This document shows, piece after piece, positions 1 through 14,099 of a DNA stretch of 64,000 bases. Each line of letters begins with the position of its first letter. The first letter of the stretch is position 1. Source of the stretch: Octopus sinensis (taxonomy: Eukaryota); the NCBI RefSeq assembly GCF_006345805.1, contig NC_043011.1, positions 64,926,464-64,990,463 on the forward strand, read 5' to 3'. Below the pieces are notes generated by a model. That model saw only the letters and a program-made list of their open reading frames with translations, did no database searches and was not told where the DNA came from. The position numbers and the translations under genes were made by a program.

Positions 1-518
1 CTGTGTAATTTAATAATAGGACGAAATGTATTTTACTCGTGAAGAAAATATATTCATCAACTGTAATCTATATTGATGTTATCTGTACAAGCGTTGGCTA
101 TGCTCGGTACGAAGCCAACAAATTGTACCCTTATGGTCATGGATTTAACTACGCTTTTATAATGATGGTCTTTGGAATTTACGTTGTATTGAGCCTATCT
201 CTACTTTCACACAATAAAAACACAAATACAAACACATACCCACATATGTATATTTTATTCTTTTTTTATTTCTACTAGTTTCAGTCATTACGCTGCGGCA
301 ATCCTGGAGCACCGCCTAGAGACGAACAAATCTATCACAACCAGCCGCCATAATTGGACGATAATTCTATAAGATCTTTAATTCACCCTCTGTTTCCTCA
401 TATTCCCTTCTGCTCAAGAGCGTAGGCTTCAAACGTAAAAAAAAATTCTTTCATTCCCGAGCCTCGAAATAATTCACCTGTCTTCGTCTTATGTTTTTCT
501 GTAAATTATACACACGCA

Positions 519-559
<41 letters not shown>

Positions 560-605
560 ACATATATATATACATACTTATATATACATATATATATATA
601 TATAT

Positions 606-890
606 AATATTGAGGGTACTACTATTCGTAGATACCAACACGCTAAGAGGGACCAATGCGGTCAAAACTACTAAAAATAAACAAAATTTTACCGAATGCA
701 AAACTTCAAAACACATCATTTTAAAAAAGGAATTCAGTTACATATCACATGTGATATGTAACTGAATTCTTTTTTAAAATGATGTTTTTGAAGTTTTGCA
801 TTCGGTAAAATTTTGTTTATTTTAGTAGTTTTGACCGCATTGGTCCCTCTTAGCGTGTTGGTATCTACGAATAGTAGTACCCTCAATATA
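606..890. repeat. Near-perfect spacerless palindrome (~143-bp arms), likely fold-back fragment of a Penelope-like element or MITE
   Basis: TATTGAGGGTACTACTATTCG... mirrored by ...CGAATAGTAGTACCCTCAATA, centred on CACATGTG (746-753); only small indels. Confidence 0.9.
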
Positions 891-999
891 ATACAAATGA
901 ATATTTTCAAATAGGAAGAATTTACGGTTTTTTCTCTTACGAGGTTTTTCACGCTGACTACTGATAATTCTTTTAAAGATTTTATCCTCAATTGTTTAA

Positions 1000-1455
<456 letters not shown>

Positions 1456-2142
1456 CAAAAATTAGTCGTTCGAATGTACTTAAATTTGAAAAATTTGTAA
1501 ACGATTTTAAATATATTTATTTACATACTTACCAAACTATTTTCAGAAATATTTGCTTATCAATGTTAAACGTTTAAAATTATGAATTAGAAAGACATGC
1601 GTAAAAGATTTAATGTTTACAAGTATCAATAATATTAAATATGATATAAATATTCACAACGTTCAATGATATAAAAAATGCAGATAATTTTGTTTAACTG
1701 TGCAAAATTCAATAGCTTTAGAAGAGATCTATAAAGAATGTGGATCATCAAAGCTTCGATTACGGTGTTAAGAAGGCGAAAAACAACGAAGAAATGAAGA
1801 TAGAAGGAAAAAGAAACGTTTCATTTAGTTTCTGTGATTCTCTCTATTTTTTGTGTATGTTGGAAACATTTAAATAATGTTTGATATTTAAAAACAAATT
1901 TAGGTGCATTTCCAACATCAGGTTTTCCTATATTTTTTCTCCTCTTTGTTTTATGCACACACACACATACACACACACCACACACACACACACACACACA
2001 TACACACACACACATATAGATATATATGTATACATAAATACATAAAAACATATATGTTTGTGTATATGCGAGTGCTTGTATGTGTAAGTGTGTGTGAGCG
2101 TGAGCGTTTTTGCAAGTGCATTTGTGTATGTGTGAATATATT

Positions 2143-2168
2143 CATTGGCTGAATTGTCTATGACGTCA
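2143..2168 (+). promoter_or_regulatory. Candidate promoter module (inverted CCAAT + CRE) upstream of cluster gene 0
   Basis: CATTGGCT then 10 nt then TGACGTCA; same module and spacing at 19833-19858 before the paralogous first exon. Confidence 0.5.
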
Positions 2169-2282
2169 CAAAAAAGAATAAAATTGATTTATGTGTCGTT
2201 TGTTATAATATACATATGTGTTAGATTTGAAAGGTAACAGACAGAGCCGTACAAGAATTTCGATCCTATAAAGAACTCCGGA

Positions 2283-2323
2283 ATGAAAGTTGCTATAAGC
2301 ATGTGTTTACTCATTCTGTGTCG
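2283..2323 (+). pseudogene. Cluster gene 0 exon 1, signal peptide MKVAISMCLLILC(R)
   Basis: 13 codons + 2 nt then GTAACT donor; homologous in length, phase and sequence to 19968-20008. Confidence 0.65.
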
Positions 2324-4202
2324 GTAACTCTATTGAACATTGAATTTTTCCCACAAATTACCATACAATCTTCACACAGTGAGAGCGTATGATTTCTTTC
2401 ACAACCATATGTACAAAGACTAACATTGAAAACTCCGAAACACATACTCATTCACACACACAAGCACATAAACAAGTAACGAACACACACGCTGTGTCTG
2501 TTTGTCTCCCTTTCCACGTGTATATGAGTGGGCATGTGTATGTGTGAGTGTATTTATGTTTGCAAGTGCGTGCATTTATTAAATAATGCATCATGTTTTT
2601 CAAAAAATACGTTCCTATTATTGCTTGTTCGTTTCCTTTTTGTAACTGCGTAAATGTACAAGATATATTGTGGAACTGTTATTTTGACTATTTGTGTATA
2701 TTTATCGACCCATGAGAAACATCTACACCGTCGGATTCTCCTTGAACAACCTTTCAGCATCCCACCCATGACGAACTGATGCTAGCCGTGAAGTGATTTT
2801 AGTGCTACTAAGAAATTTAATGTTAACATAATTTATTTCACACGCACACGTACAGGCACACTCACTTACACACACACACATATATATATATAAATGGAAA
2901 TTCCGTCTGTCCGTCTGCCTGTTATCATCTAGTTGCCCAAACCATGGCAGCGATATTCACCAACATTCGTATACATATTGAAATGACATATCATTCAATT
3001 ATAGGCTAATAGCCTTTTAAAAAAATTGATAATAGACTACAGGGTTTGGGTTATTATATAATAAAATGAGAGGTGTGCAATAGACTTAGATTCAGAGAAA
3101 TGTGGCATAACGGGTGTGGTTGACATCAGGGAAAGAGAGGAGACAGGAAGAGAAAGACACACAGGGAATGTGTGTGTGAGAGAAAGAGAGAGAGAGAGAG
3201 AGAGAGCGACAGGCAGGGACACATCCATATATACGAAAGAGAATTCCATTGTACGGATGTATGTGTGTGTGTGGCCGCGCCTATCTTCCCTATGCATTCG
3301 AAAACAATGTTGCCTATTTTGACGTATGCGGTATTTGGACAACTACCATATAAACTCTATTTTCATTTACATATTTATATTACAAAAAGTTTACGTTATA
3401 ATCTTTTCTATAAGTCAACTATTGTAAATACTTTATATCACAACGACAACGACAACGACGTCAATTTTCTGTATAATCATACACCTAAAAGTCATCCACT
3501 TTTCTATGTTATGAGGAAATAGTCACGTTCTCTCTCTCACATGCACACGCGCACGCGCTCATTTATAAAAATAGGAAGTATGTATATGTATTTATGTATG
3601 TGTATATGAAAGATGTGTGTATGTGTAAGATAGAAAACCATCTTCCGTTTTTCTTGCAGAAACACTAAAATCTCCTTCCCAAACATCCATTATCATCTCA
3701 CCAAAAAGCTAAAAATTCACAATGTTTCACATTTAGCTTTATTGAAACCGGGGAAATTTCTCAAGAAATGATGTCGTTTACCTGTTGTTTCAAGCATGTT
3801 GGTTTTTCTGGTTGTGGTCCGAACTTCGTTTTGTCTGCTATTTCAGTACAATTCTACGCATAAATAAAAATTGTAAAAAAGGTTAGAAAATAAGTAATTG
3901 CAGTGTGGGCGGGAGAATTCCAAATTTTGAGCATGTCTTTTCTGGGCGAAATCGCATTAATCTCCATATATACGATAAAACAATACGTACTTTGTGATCC
4001 TTCTTATGAACAGAATTAAAATTGCATGTAAACCAACGCAAATTCTGCCCTTCCCTTTCCGTTTTAAACAAACAAAACTTCCATTACACCAGTAATACAT
4101 TTCTGATTCAAGCTGTAAGTGAAGAACAAATAATACTATATGGGTCAGCAATATATATCGGGCAGCGCCGGGACACATTGCTAATGTGAGTGTGTATATG
4201 TA

Positions 4203-4235
<33 letters not shown>

Positions 4236-4246
4236 GTCTATATCTA

Positions 4247-4290
<44 letters not shown>

Positions 4291-4819
4291 AAATATATAT
4301 ATCTATCTGTCTGTCTATATATAATATATAGACAGATAGACACCTTTATATATATATATATATTATATTATATATATATATATATATATATATGTATGAA
4401 AAGGTGTCTTGAAAGTTCTGACAGCCAAATCCACTTACAAGATTTCGGTCGGCGTGAGGATGTAGTAAAAGAGACGTGCCCAAGTTGTGCCACTCACTCG
4501 GACTTAGAATGAATTATGCAATTGGGAAATAAGCCTTTCATCACACAGCCTCGCAAAACGAGAATGGAGAATTGGAACAGGACAGCGTAAAGAAGAGCAA
4601 TGACTGGGGAGAAGTCTTCACAAGGAAAGACGAATTGCAGGAACTGATAAGGATAAGAAAAAAAGATACAAAGTTGCATGAGAAAAAAATATGTTGAGCT
4701 TGAAACAGGAAAATTAAATTATTAGTAAATATTTTAATTATAATAAATACGAAAGGGATAAGAGGTACACTAATACATGGAAGGAAATTTTTAAACACAT
4801 TTTCTTCGTGTAGACTATC

Positions 4820-4854
4820 ATTATAATAATAATAATAATTATTATTATTATTAT

Positions 4855-4896
<42 letters not shown>

Positions 4897-4904
4897 AGGT
4901 AGTG

Positions 4905-4964
<60 letters not shown>

Positions 4965-4985
4965 ATAGTAGTAGTAGTTGTAGTT
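4820..4985. repeat. (TAA/TTA)n and (TAG)n microsatellites; tail/target of adjacent LINE fragment
   Basis: Directly visible. Confidence 0.9.
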
Positions 4986-4989
4986 ATAG

Positions 4990-5186
4990 CAGCGCCTTCT
5001 GAGGCTGGTGATGTACTACAATGTCAATTGTTACTACCAGTGAACTAAGGTAGCACCTCTTAGTTTATCGAGCACCTGCCGCGGTTCCAAGCATTGCTGT
5101 TTTGTGCAAGTCTTCCACCCTTATTGCAGACCCTATTTGCACGTTTTACTCGAGATTTTTGCTCACTATTCCTAGGGCTCCGACAA
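4990..5186 (-). mobile_element. 3' end of an RLE-type (R4/Dong-like) LINE, family beta, heavily 5'-truncated
   Basis: Minus strand reads IVGALGIVSKNLE*NVQIGSAIRVEDLHKTAMLGTA, the C-terminus of RLE-type ORFs, followed by a (CTA)n tail. Confidence 0.7.
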
Positions 5187-5189
5187 TTA

Positions 5190-5246
<57 letters not shown>

Positions 5247-5278
5247 AATATTATTATTATTATTATTAATATTATTAT

Positions 5279-8200
5279 CATTCAGTAGTTTTATATTTAT
5301 AGCGTGCTTTCACTTCACTACCGAGCGCAGCTCTGTGTGCCTTAGGTAGGTGATGTGATTTGTTGTGATGCTCTGATGGTTATTGTATGGAAAGTGTTAT
5401 GCGTAGAATGTGCTTAGTGCCTAGTAGTGCAAATTTCTGTATATTATATGAGTTTGTAAGTCCTGGTGTTTTTGTTATGAATTTGTCTGAATATTTTTTT
5501 ATCATGCCTAATGCACCTACTATGATAGGAATTGTTTCTGTTTTTAGATTCCACATTCTGGTTACCTCTATTTCCAGGTCATTGTATATTGAAAGTTTCC
5601 CCATTTCTTTTAGAGACACGTTGTCATCTTCCGGTATGTGATACATCAATTACAAAGCATTTTTTTCTTCATGATCTCTGACAACTATATCTGGTCTGTT
5701 GGCCTTAATTTCTCTATCTGTGTGTATCGGCATATCCCAAAGTATGGTGGTTTGCTTCTCGTTTTTCTGTGACCTTTCTGGTTTGTGCCTATACCATCTT
5801 TTATCTGTTGTTATTTCATAATGCTGGCATAGCTTCCAGTGTAGTAGGTTCCAACTCTGTAATGTCTGTGAGTATCTTCTTCTTAGCCAGGACTGGGCAG
5901 CCAGGGATAATATGATTTATTGTTTCTGTCCATCTCCACCTATCTGCAGTTACTTGTTATATTTCGTTTCATTACTTGTTGTTGATACATATTATCTTGT
6001 TTTTAGCATTGAGCTCTGATCTCAGTATTGATCTGACTCGTCTATAATATTCTTTTATTATTTTCTCTTTTATTTGTGTGTGTTGTGTCTTATCTAGTTC
6101 ATGGATTCCTAAATATTTGTAAGTTTGGCCTTGGTCAAATACTTTTATTTCATTGTTTTTTTGTAGTGTGATTTTGCTACTCTCAATTAGTTTTCCTCTA
6201 TTCATGGTTACTTTGGCGCATTTTTCTAATCCAAATTTCATATCTTTTTCTTTGGTAAATCCATGAACTGTCTTTAATAGTGTTTCCAGCTGTTTGTCAT
6301 TTGTAGCGTATAGTTTTAATTCATCCATATATAAAAGGTGGCTGATCCTTCTGCCGTGACATTTATATCCGCATCCAGTTCTTTTTAGCATATACGATAG
6401 AGGTGACAGTGCCAAGCAGAAAAGGAGTGGAGAGAGCGTGTCTCCCTGGAATATTCTTCTTCTAATGGGGATGGCTTTGGATTTCACAAGTCCCTCTTTT
6501 GTTTGGCGCTGTAGCACTGTTTGCCATTTATTCAGAGAGTGTCCTATGTACTTTATAATTGTTGGTGCAACTTTGTTCATGGCAAGTGTATCGACAATCC
6601 ATGTGTGGGGGATGCTATCAAACGCCTTTTTGTAGTCGGTCGAGGCCATACTGAGGCTTTTCTTCTTTCTGTGGCTGTCTTCAGTTACGGCTTTATTAAT
6701 CATTAGTTGATCTTTACAGTCATACGAGCCTTTGCGGCACCTTTCTGCTCTTCTGGAAACATGTTGTTTTCGTCCAGGTGCTTTTTTAATCTTCGCCATA
6801 TCACTGCAGTAAATGCTTTGTACATTGTAGGGAGACAGGTTATATGTCTGTAGTTTTCTGGTTTTCCTGTCTCATTTGATTTTGGAATTAAGATGGTTTT
6901 CCCCTTCGTGAGCCATTCAGGCATTGTCTCTGTCTCTGCCAGTATGTTGTTAAGCTTTTCAGCCAACTTTTTGTGCATTCCTGTCAGATATTTCAACCAG
7001 AATTTGAGGATCTTGTCATTCCCAGGTGCCTTCCAGTTGCTTAGTCTTTGCAGTGCCTGGGTGACCTCTTCAGTTGTTATGGAGGTCCAAATTTGCTCAG
7101 GTGCTCAGTCTGTTGTTTTAATACTCCTTTTTTTTTGGTTCTTCGTTCGCCGACCATATTTCTCTCCAGAATTCTACCACTTCTTCTGCCGTTGGTGCTG
7201 CAGTGATTTCTATTTTATTTTTGCCAAGTTCTTGGTAGAACTTTTTGGGGTTGGAGTTGAACTGTTTGTTTTGTTAAAAGAAACGTTGGCGTTCCTCTTA
7301 CCGGCGGATCCTTTGTGCTTTGGCAAGGATATCTTGCTTCAGCTTTTCTTTTATCTTAGGTAAATCTTTTTCTGTGATGTTGTATTTGCGGAGTATTTTT
7401 GTTTTCTTTTTGTTGCTCAGGAGCGTTGATTGTCTACTGATTTCATAAAGATTCGGCAGATCTTTTCTCATTTTCTGTATTTTGTTTTGGATGTTATTTA
7501 TCCACTGGGTTTGTTTGGGTGGTGGTACTCCTCTTTGGATGGGTTTGAGTGAGTATCCAGCTTCTTTTGTGGCTGCAGTAACTGATGCATATCCTAAGTC
7601 ATTTAGCTCAGTGATATCGCTTTTTGTTTCAGTGGATATTAGTTCCATGACGGCTAGGATTATGTTGTTTATAATTGATGTTGTTGTTTTGTCTATTATG
7701 ATTTTTGGGAGGTATGGTCTGTGGTCCATTTTGAGCTCTGTGGTTTTCAGTTCTTTGATTATTCTACCTCTAATAATTTCATAATCATTAGGGTCCCCTT
7801 CGTTGTTTCCAGGTTTTAGATTTGTGTCGCTTTCTATCTCATCCGTATGTTTGTTTGTCGTGTTTTGGCTTGCTGTTTGTCGTGTTTTATTATGTATCTT
7901 TACGGTCTGGGTTTGTTGTTTTATGTTTACATCGTTTTTGGTGTTTTACTGTTTCAGTGTTTATATTATTGGGCATTGTTGTGTGGCTTCTATCTAAATT
8001 TTCCAGTTGTAATTTTTCCTTTTAATATTCTATTGCTATTTCTGATATTTTTTTGCGTTGAGATTATATCTCCGTATATTTGCTAGTTTATTAGGATTCA
8101 TTGTTTTATCCAGGTCTTTATTTATGTTATTTTTCTTCCAATTTTTTTGTATGTATGTGTTGTATTTTCATTCTTTGTGTAGAGCACTGCTGTAAAGTAA

Positions 8201-8740
8201 GCGTGTAGGATAGAAATGTATTCCTCACGTTCCATTTATGTCTTTTCATTTTTATTTGAAGGACATGAGGAACAACGTCCGGCCCTTTATTTTGACGGTC
8301 GTCATTTTCGTAGGGTACCGGTCCGTTCATTTCTGTTGTCACATTGTTTTGCACGTGTAGTTTTTCGTACATTTTATGTTGTAAGTTTACAGTACGTACT
8401 TCCCGATTGTTATTCTTGGGCTGAATCATACCGGTATTATTTAATTTATTCGTAGTTTTTTGTAAATGGTGTTTGGGGCCGGAGTTGATCTAGTGTTGAT
8501 GGGTCGTAGTGTATCAAGCATGTTTACACGTGTTGTGTTGGGGGTGGAGATGATATCGAGTTAAAATACATTATTTCGTTTCGAAAATAGTAAAAAATTT
8601 CAGTGAGTATTACTTACTCGGAAATAGTCCAAACCTTTGTCAATTATTTTTAGCTCCATGCGATGTCATTGTTTCCGATGTATGTGGATAGATTTCGGAG
8701 CACTGTTTTATCGCTCTCACATGTGTAACGTCCCCGTTGT
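5279..8740 (-). mobile_element. R4/Dong-clade non-LTR retrotransposon, family alpha, near full length, decayed
   Basis: Frameshifted ORF pieces: RT motifs FQGDTLSPLLF and YMDELKLYA (YMDD to YMDE), CCHC finger, RPDIVV RLE motif, IIVGALG C-terminus; apparent deletion near 5960-5975; flanked by (TTA)n on both sides. Confidence 0.92.
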
Positions 8741-8761
8741 TATTATCATTATTATTTTTAA

Positions 8762-8801
<40 letters not shown>

Positions 8802-8889
8802 ATTATTATTATTATTATTATTATTATTATCATCATTATTATATTATTATTATATTATTATTATTATTATTATTATTTAATCTATTTTA

Positions 8890-9030
8890 ATTCAGTGAAC
8901 TGGCAAACTTGTCAGGACACCGTGAGAAATTCTTAGCAGATTTTAGACCTTTGCTTTCTGAATTCAAATTCCAACCAGGTCCACTTTGCCTTTCAACCTG
9001 TCAGGTCGATAACATTAGTAGGAGCTGAAA
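8890..9030 (+). mobile_element. Degenerate tRNA-derived SINE fragment
   Basis: B-box-like TCTGAATTCAAATTCC and CTTTGCCTTTCA core shared with copies at 27.3-27.9 kb. Confidence 0.6.
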
Positions 9031-9155
9031 CGAAGAAGAAGAAGAAGAAGAAGAAGAAGAAGAAGAAGAAGAAGAAGAAGAAGAAGAAGAAGAAGAAGAA
9101 GAAGAAGAAGAAGAAGAAGAAGAAGAAGAAGAAGAAGAAGAAGAAGAAGAAGAAG
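9031..9155. repeat. (GAA)n microsatellite
   Basis: Directly visible. Confidence 0.95.
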
Positions 9156-9570
9156 CAGAAGGAGGAGGATGAAGTGGAGAAGAATCGGAAGGAGAAGAGC
9201 AAGAAGAAAATCAGCAACAACAACAGCAGCAGCAACGTAAATTATAATAAAGCTACCTGGAAATTTATTTTCCCGTTTATTATAATTGCTCTTTAATTTC
9301 TAAATGTGTTTCCATTTTTTCCTGATAAAATTATTTCCAATGATTTGCAGCTGTTCAGTCCACTTATTGCAATCGTTTCTAAGTTCTGTATTTCACTTGA
9401 TGACACGCAGAGCTCGAAGGAATGGAGACTATGTTTGCGTTATTGGTCGAGAACAATTCCAACACTTCCTGTAATTTTCTAGAAAATGTCACCGATATTG
9501 ATGAAATAAATCCATCAATTGTAAATGACATGATTAAATCATTAACATATTTTTGTTTCAATTTATTTAG

Positions 9571-9656
9571 GTGACGTTCCCAAATCTAGGTTAGCGCCCT
9601 GCGTTGTTACATTACACAATATATAATTGGCTGTTCCTGATTCTACCATTCTTTAG
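9571..9656 (+). pseudogene. Cluster gene 0 terminal (GPI-signal-like) exon with premature stop
   Basis: TTTATTTAG acceptor; reads xDVPKSRLAPCVVTLHNI*LAVPDSTIL*; same 86-nt length and homologous flanks as 34470-34555. Confidence 0.7.
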
Positions 9657-10009
9657 TGGTATTCAAGCATATGCACGGTTTGAGGCTAACATATATTAAA
9701 AATGTAAGTGAGACATTTTCGAAAGTTTTGCCTTATATTAAATCTTATCTTCAGTATATAACAAATGGAAGTATCTAAATAACTTCGAAATGATATTTTC
9801 ATACCTACGCCAAGAGCTATTATATCTAATTCGCTTTACTACAATATTACTTTACATTTACTGACATTGCAATATTATATTTATTTTCAATTCATTACTG
9901 CACCAATGCTATAATAGTAGCCAGAGATAATTTTGAAATGAATTGCTCCTTCATATATATTCAGTTAGAGAAGTTTCACATACAAGTTATTTTGGAGAAA
10001 AATCATCTT

Positions 10010-10700
10010 ATTTTCCAACGTTTCATCAGCATCTGCTAAACGTTCGCCTTGCGCAGCCGTGCACCGGCCGCACTCCTCCAACCACATTTGGAATCTGGTC
10101 TAGAAATGTGTGCAAGCGATGTGTGCAAGCGATTCGCGGAATTTCCGCAAATCGACCGGGATCAGGACAACTGTGTCAAAATGATGACTGTGGGGTCTTC
10201 ATCTTCGGGAAAAGAGGAAATTCCGTAGGTGTTATATCTGGCGAATATAGTGGTTGTGTAATTCATAGTATGTTCATTTTATTGAGAAACTTACGAATGC
10301 GCACATCTGAGTGATAGGGTACATTGCCATTGTGAAAATTCCAATTTTTTCGCCCCCCACAGATTCGGTTCTTTTCGGAGAACGTACTCGTTGACAAGCC
10401 TCAAAGGGTCATTGATTATCCTGTAATGATCCTCATACTGGAGCGGATGAATTATTCCACCTTATATCGGTGGGTAGGGGACGCTCGTAGAATGACTTCA
10501 AGTTCGCTAATCCAAATCTAAGGTCCTTCAACCGCAGTTGAAGCGTCAATGCCACTCGAAATATTGCATACGACTCATTGACACATCACCGTAAAGTTGT
10601 CGAAACTTTCGCAATGTTTCTGTAGCAGATTTCTCAATTCAACGCAACCTATCACGTTTGTTTTCTTGCCGAAACTTTGTCCTTGACAAACTTGCAAACT
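10010..10700 (-). mobile_element. Mariner/Tc1 transposase relic
   Basis: KSATETLRKFRQLYGDVSMSRMQYFEWH (HTH) and QPLYSPDITPTEFPLFPKMK (YSPDLAP-like motif), with stops. Confidence 0.75.
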
Positions 10701-11734
10701 ACAGTATACACATAGTCAGAAATTCACTTATGAAGTAAATACAGTGATATCTCTCAGAACATTGTGTCATGAATGTCACTGCTACCTCTCACCGTGCACG
10801 AAACGCTGAGCTATCACATTTTGTCGTCCTATGGTACTAGCACCGAAAATATTTGATACCACCTTGTATGGCAGTTTCGAAGAAACATCAGCCAAGGATT
10901 ATCTATGAATACACTGCAATATATGACGTTACATATGCAGAATATACTGAAAATTATTTCAAATATTAATAATTCAATTGGGTGTACATATATGACAATT
11001 CGAACCTTAAAGCAACGTTCTGATGTGATAACAGTTGCATATCAATAGAGATAGCATTATCAAGGAGCTTTCATTTCAAGGGATTGTTTCATCATTGCCA
11101 CTGAGCATCATTACTAAAACAATATAAACGGAATGTCTGTGTGATATATTAACACAACATATAGACATGCTGCAATTTATAATTCGTGTCTAAAGAAGGT
11201 AAATTTAAATGATCTCAAGTCCTTTCTGGCATAACACAACCATTTTCAAAGTTTTCCAAACTTCGTTAGTAATATTACTCTATGGAAATGATAAGCAAAA
11301 ACTAGCTTCCGGATTAAATTTTACTTCGGTATTATTTCAAGTCGAACCTTGAGAAAATGTTGTAAGGCATGGGGTACGACACAAAAGAATTTGACTACCT
11401 ACCCGCACTGTGATATATCGGTTCATTTGATATAACGGTTCATTTGGGCAGGATGTTAGATAGAAGAAATTGGTCGCTACATTCAATCTTCGTGGTTCGA
11501 TGCTGCGCACATTACTGCCTCGAAAGGGACGAGCGCTATGTAAATACCAGTTAAAATTGAAGAAATAGAGTAATATTCCAGATAAAAAAAACATCACATG
11601 TTTCGTTTTCTCCATACTTCCTCATGAAGCGATTTTGTTTTCCTTATTTTATTAGTGATAATATTATTGTCAAGGTATTAGAAGCCTATTGACAATAATT
11701 TATTTCAGGAGAAACTAATAGTTAATACTGTATT

Positions 11735-12015
11735 GTTTGTTCCTTCTCAAGCCATGCCTGGCTCAGAGGGCTGGTTTCTCGGTTGGCGTATAGGTTCTCC
11801 AACTGGACGGGACGCCGGTCCGTAGCAGGTAAGCTGCAAGATGCAGAAGGAAAGAGTGAGAGGAAGTCGTGGCGAAAGAGTCAGCAGAAGTTCGCCATTA
11901 CATCTGCCGGAGCCGTGTGGAGCTTAGGTGTTTCGCTCATAAACACACATCGCCCGGTCTGAGATTTGAACTCGCGATCCTCGGCTGATCTAACCACTAG
12001 GCCATGTGCCTCCAA
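11735..12015 (-). mobile_element. tRNA-derived SINE with V-domain-like core
   Basis: A box TGGCCTAGTGG, B box GAGTTCAAATC, GGACCGGCGTCCCGTCCAG core, (CAAA)-like tail. Confidence 0.7.
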
Positions 12016-12417
12016 ATGAGCTATCAAATATTCCGGAATATATTCCAATAAATCATACGTTTCTCTATTCTCTGCACAGGTTGTTACTGAAATCGTGACC
12101 AGTAACGAAGTTGAACTTATAACGTGTATTCGTAATACCTATTCAAATAAATATGAACAATTTCATATCTCTAATAATACAATTTCATATCTCTAAGAAT
12201 TTCTAAATTATTTTACTCACGTACTTGTATCAGGAATCCGTGCCTACGTCGGAGCATTGCTCGAAATGTTTAGTCGAAGATATCAATCTCAATTCTCATT
12301 TAAAATTAGTAATCAATTTATGACGTAATACGGCATGACTGTGTAAATTTCTTAATATAGATATGCATATATTACGATATTGAATATATTTATGTATATA
12401 TATATATATATAGATAT

Positions 12418-12487
<70 letters not shown>

Positions 12488-12488
12488 A

Positions 12489-12527
<39 letters not shown>

Positions 12528-12589
12528 ACAGGGAAATGAATAGGACTTATACGCTGCTTAATTGGGGCTTTATTTAATTTCAAACTCAT

Positions 12590-13980
12590 AATTTTTAAAT
12601 TCTTAATTTTAAATCTTAATTGTAATTTTTAATTTTAATTCCTAACTTAATCTAATTTAAGTAGCATAACTCGAATAAAATAAAATGAGTTACTATAGCC
12701 CCATAATTCTATTTCAAAATTAAATAAATAAGGCTACCCCCTCGGTGATAATATGTTTATCTTCATTATAATAGACAATCCCCTAACACCTTGTAAATGA
12801 TCTTCTAAGATTTGACCTGTAGTCCGTCAATGTATGAATAATAACGGCAACTCCTTAAGACAATAAAATGAATAAATTAAATAAGTAAATTTTAATGACT
12901 TTTTGATAAGATTATACTTAGATTTTCCTAATGTATTTTCTTTTGATTTTAGCATCTGACCCCTAAACCCCTGACTGTGTTATCTCTTTAGATTCTCTTT
13001 AAATTCATAGCTGATTTCAACAGCAATAAATTAGCTGTTTTACTGGTCAAAGAATAATATTCTCCTCTAGTTCCTAGATGCCTGTAATTAAAACCAGACT
13101 TGCCGTCTACTAATTCTTCTGTATAACTAGAACCCTCTTTTTTTCTTTTTCTTTTTTCCCTTCTTTCCCTATTTCTTTCTCTCTTTCTCTTTTTCTCTTT
13201 TTCTTTTCTTCTTATTCTTCTTTCTTTTCCTTTTCTCTTCTCTTTAGTCCCCTTCCCCCCCCTTTTTTTTGCTCCCTCCTCCCTTATTTTCTCTCTTTTC
13301 TTCTATTCCCTTCCCTTTTCTATTTTTTTGCCTCTCTAGAAAGCCCTCAGCCTTTAAAAGTTAAATAGCTACAGCCTCTTGTAAATAGCAGTAATGTGAT
13401 TAATGTGGCAAATACCTAATCATATAACAAGAATTGATACCTACCTCATTGTGTTCAACCATTGATAAATTTATCGCCTGTGAATATGAAATTCCTCTCA
13501 TTTCTATGGAAATTTACATCTACACCATTGGAAATTGTGCATCTATACAAAGGATTAATTCACCCTCTCTGTAATGCTATAAGCAGAATTGAGACCCACC
13601 TCGTTGTGATTAACAATGGATAAATTTATCTTCTGTGAGTACGTAATCCCTCATCATATCTCTGGAAATTCATATGTGCACTATGGATTAGGTCACCTTC
13701 TCTGTGATGCTATTAAAACTTTTTAAAAATTCTGTGATAAGACTGTACATCATCTTTAAAGAACTTTAATGAACTTTGGAATCTGTTTATGTTACTTAAT
13801 TATCTACATTACTTCATGAGTATAGCCTCAACCACTAGGATGTCTAGAGAACTCACATGTATTTTAGCTGATGAGTACGACACACGTTTATATGCTGTAA
13901 TTTTTGCAACTTTTAATAAAGCCTGTCCTTGTATGAAACGATTGTACTAAAAACCTATCCATTATTGTTGCTTCTTTCTC
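12590..13980 (+). mobile_element. Probable Penelope-like element 3' region/pLTR
   Basis: Pyrimidine tract, two ~155-bp internal repeats (13438-13715), terminal hammerhead motif, TA-repeat flanks. Confidence 0.55.
13862..13952 (+). ncRNA. Minimal type-I hammerhead ribozyme
   Basis: TTTTAG-CTGATGA-GTAC...GTAT-GAAA-CGATTG-TA-CTAAAA: 6-bp stem I, intact core, GUA site. Confidence 0.8.
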
Positions 13981-14099
13981 GCGTATATATATATATATAT
14001 ATAATTATATATATGTAGGTCCCGGGTTGAGTCGGTGTTAACAACAGTAAATAAGGTATTCAATGCATAGCAGAGTAAAATAATTTATTTTATAGAAGG

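Noticed and set aside
3903-3990. Possible B exon of gene 0 (FEHVFS)
   Set aside because: Lacks the Cys residues in frame; similarity too weak to call a feature
4551-4697. Charged open frame SQNENGELEQ..KKSNDWGEVF..KKIC with dibasic sites (neuropeptide-like)
   Set aside because: Splice phase does not match exon 1, no recognisable homology, and purine-rich bias explains it
9351-9573. ~74-codon open frame upstream of the gene 0 last exon
   Set aside because: Paralogous sequence at 34.2-34.4 kb has stops, so it is intronic
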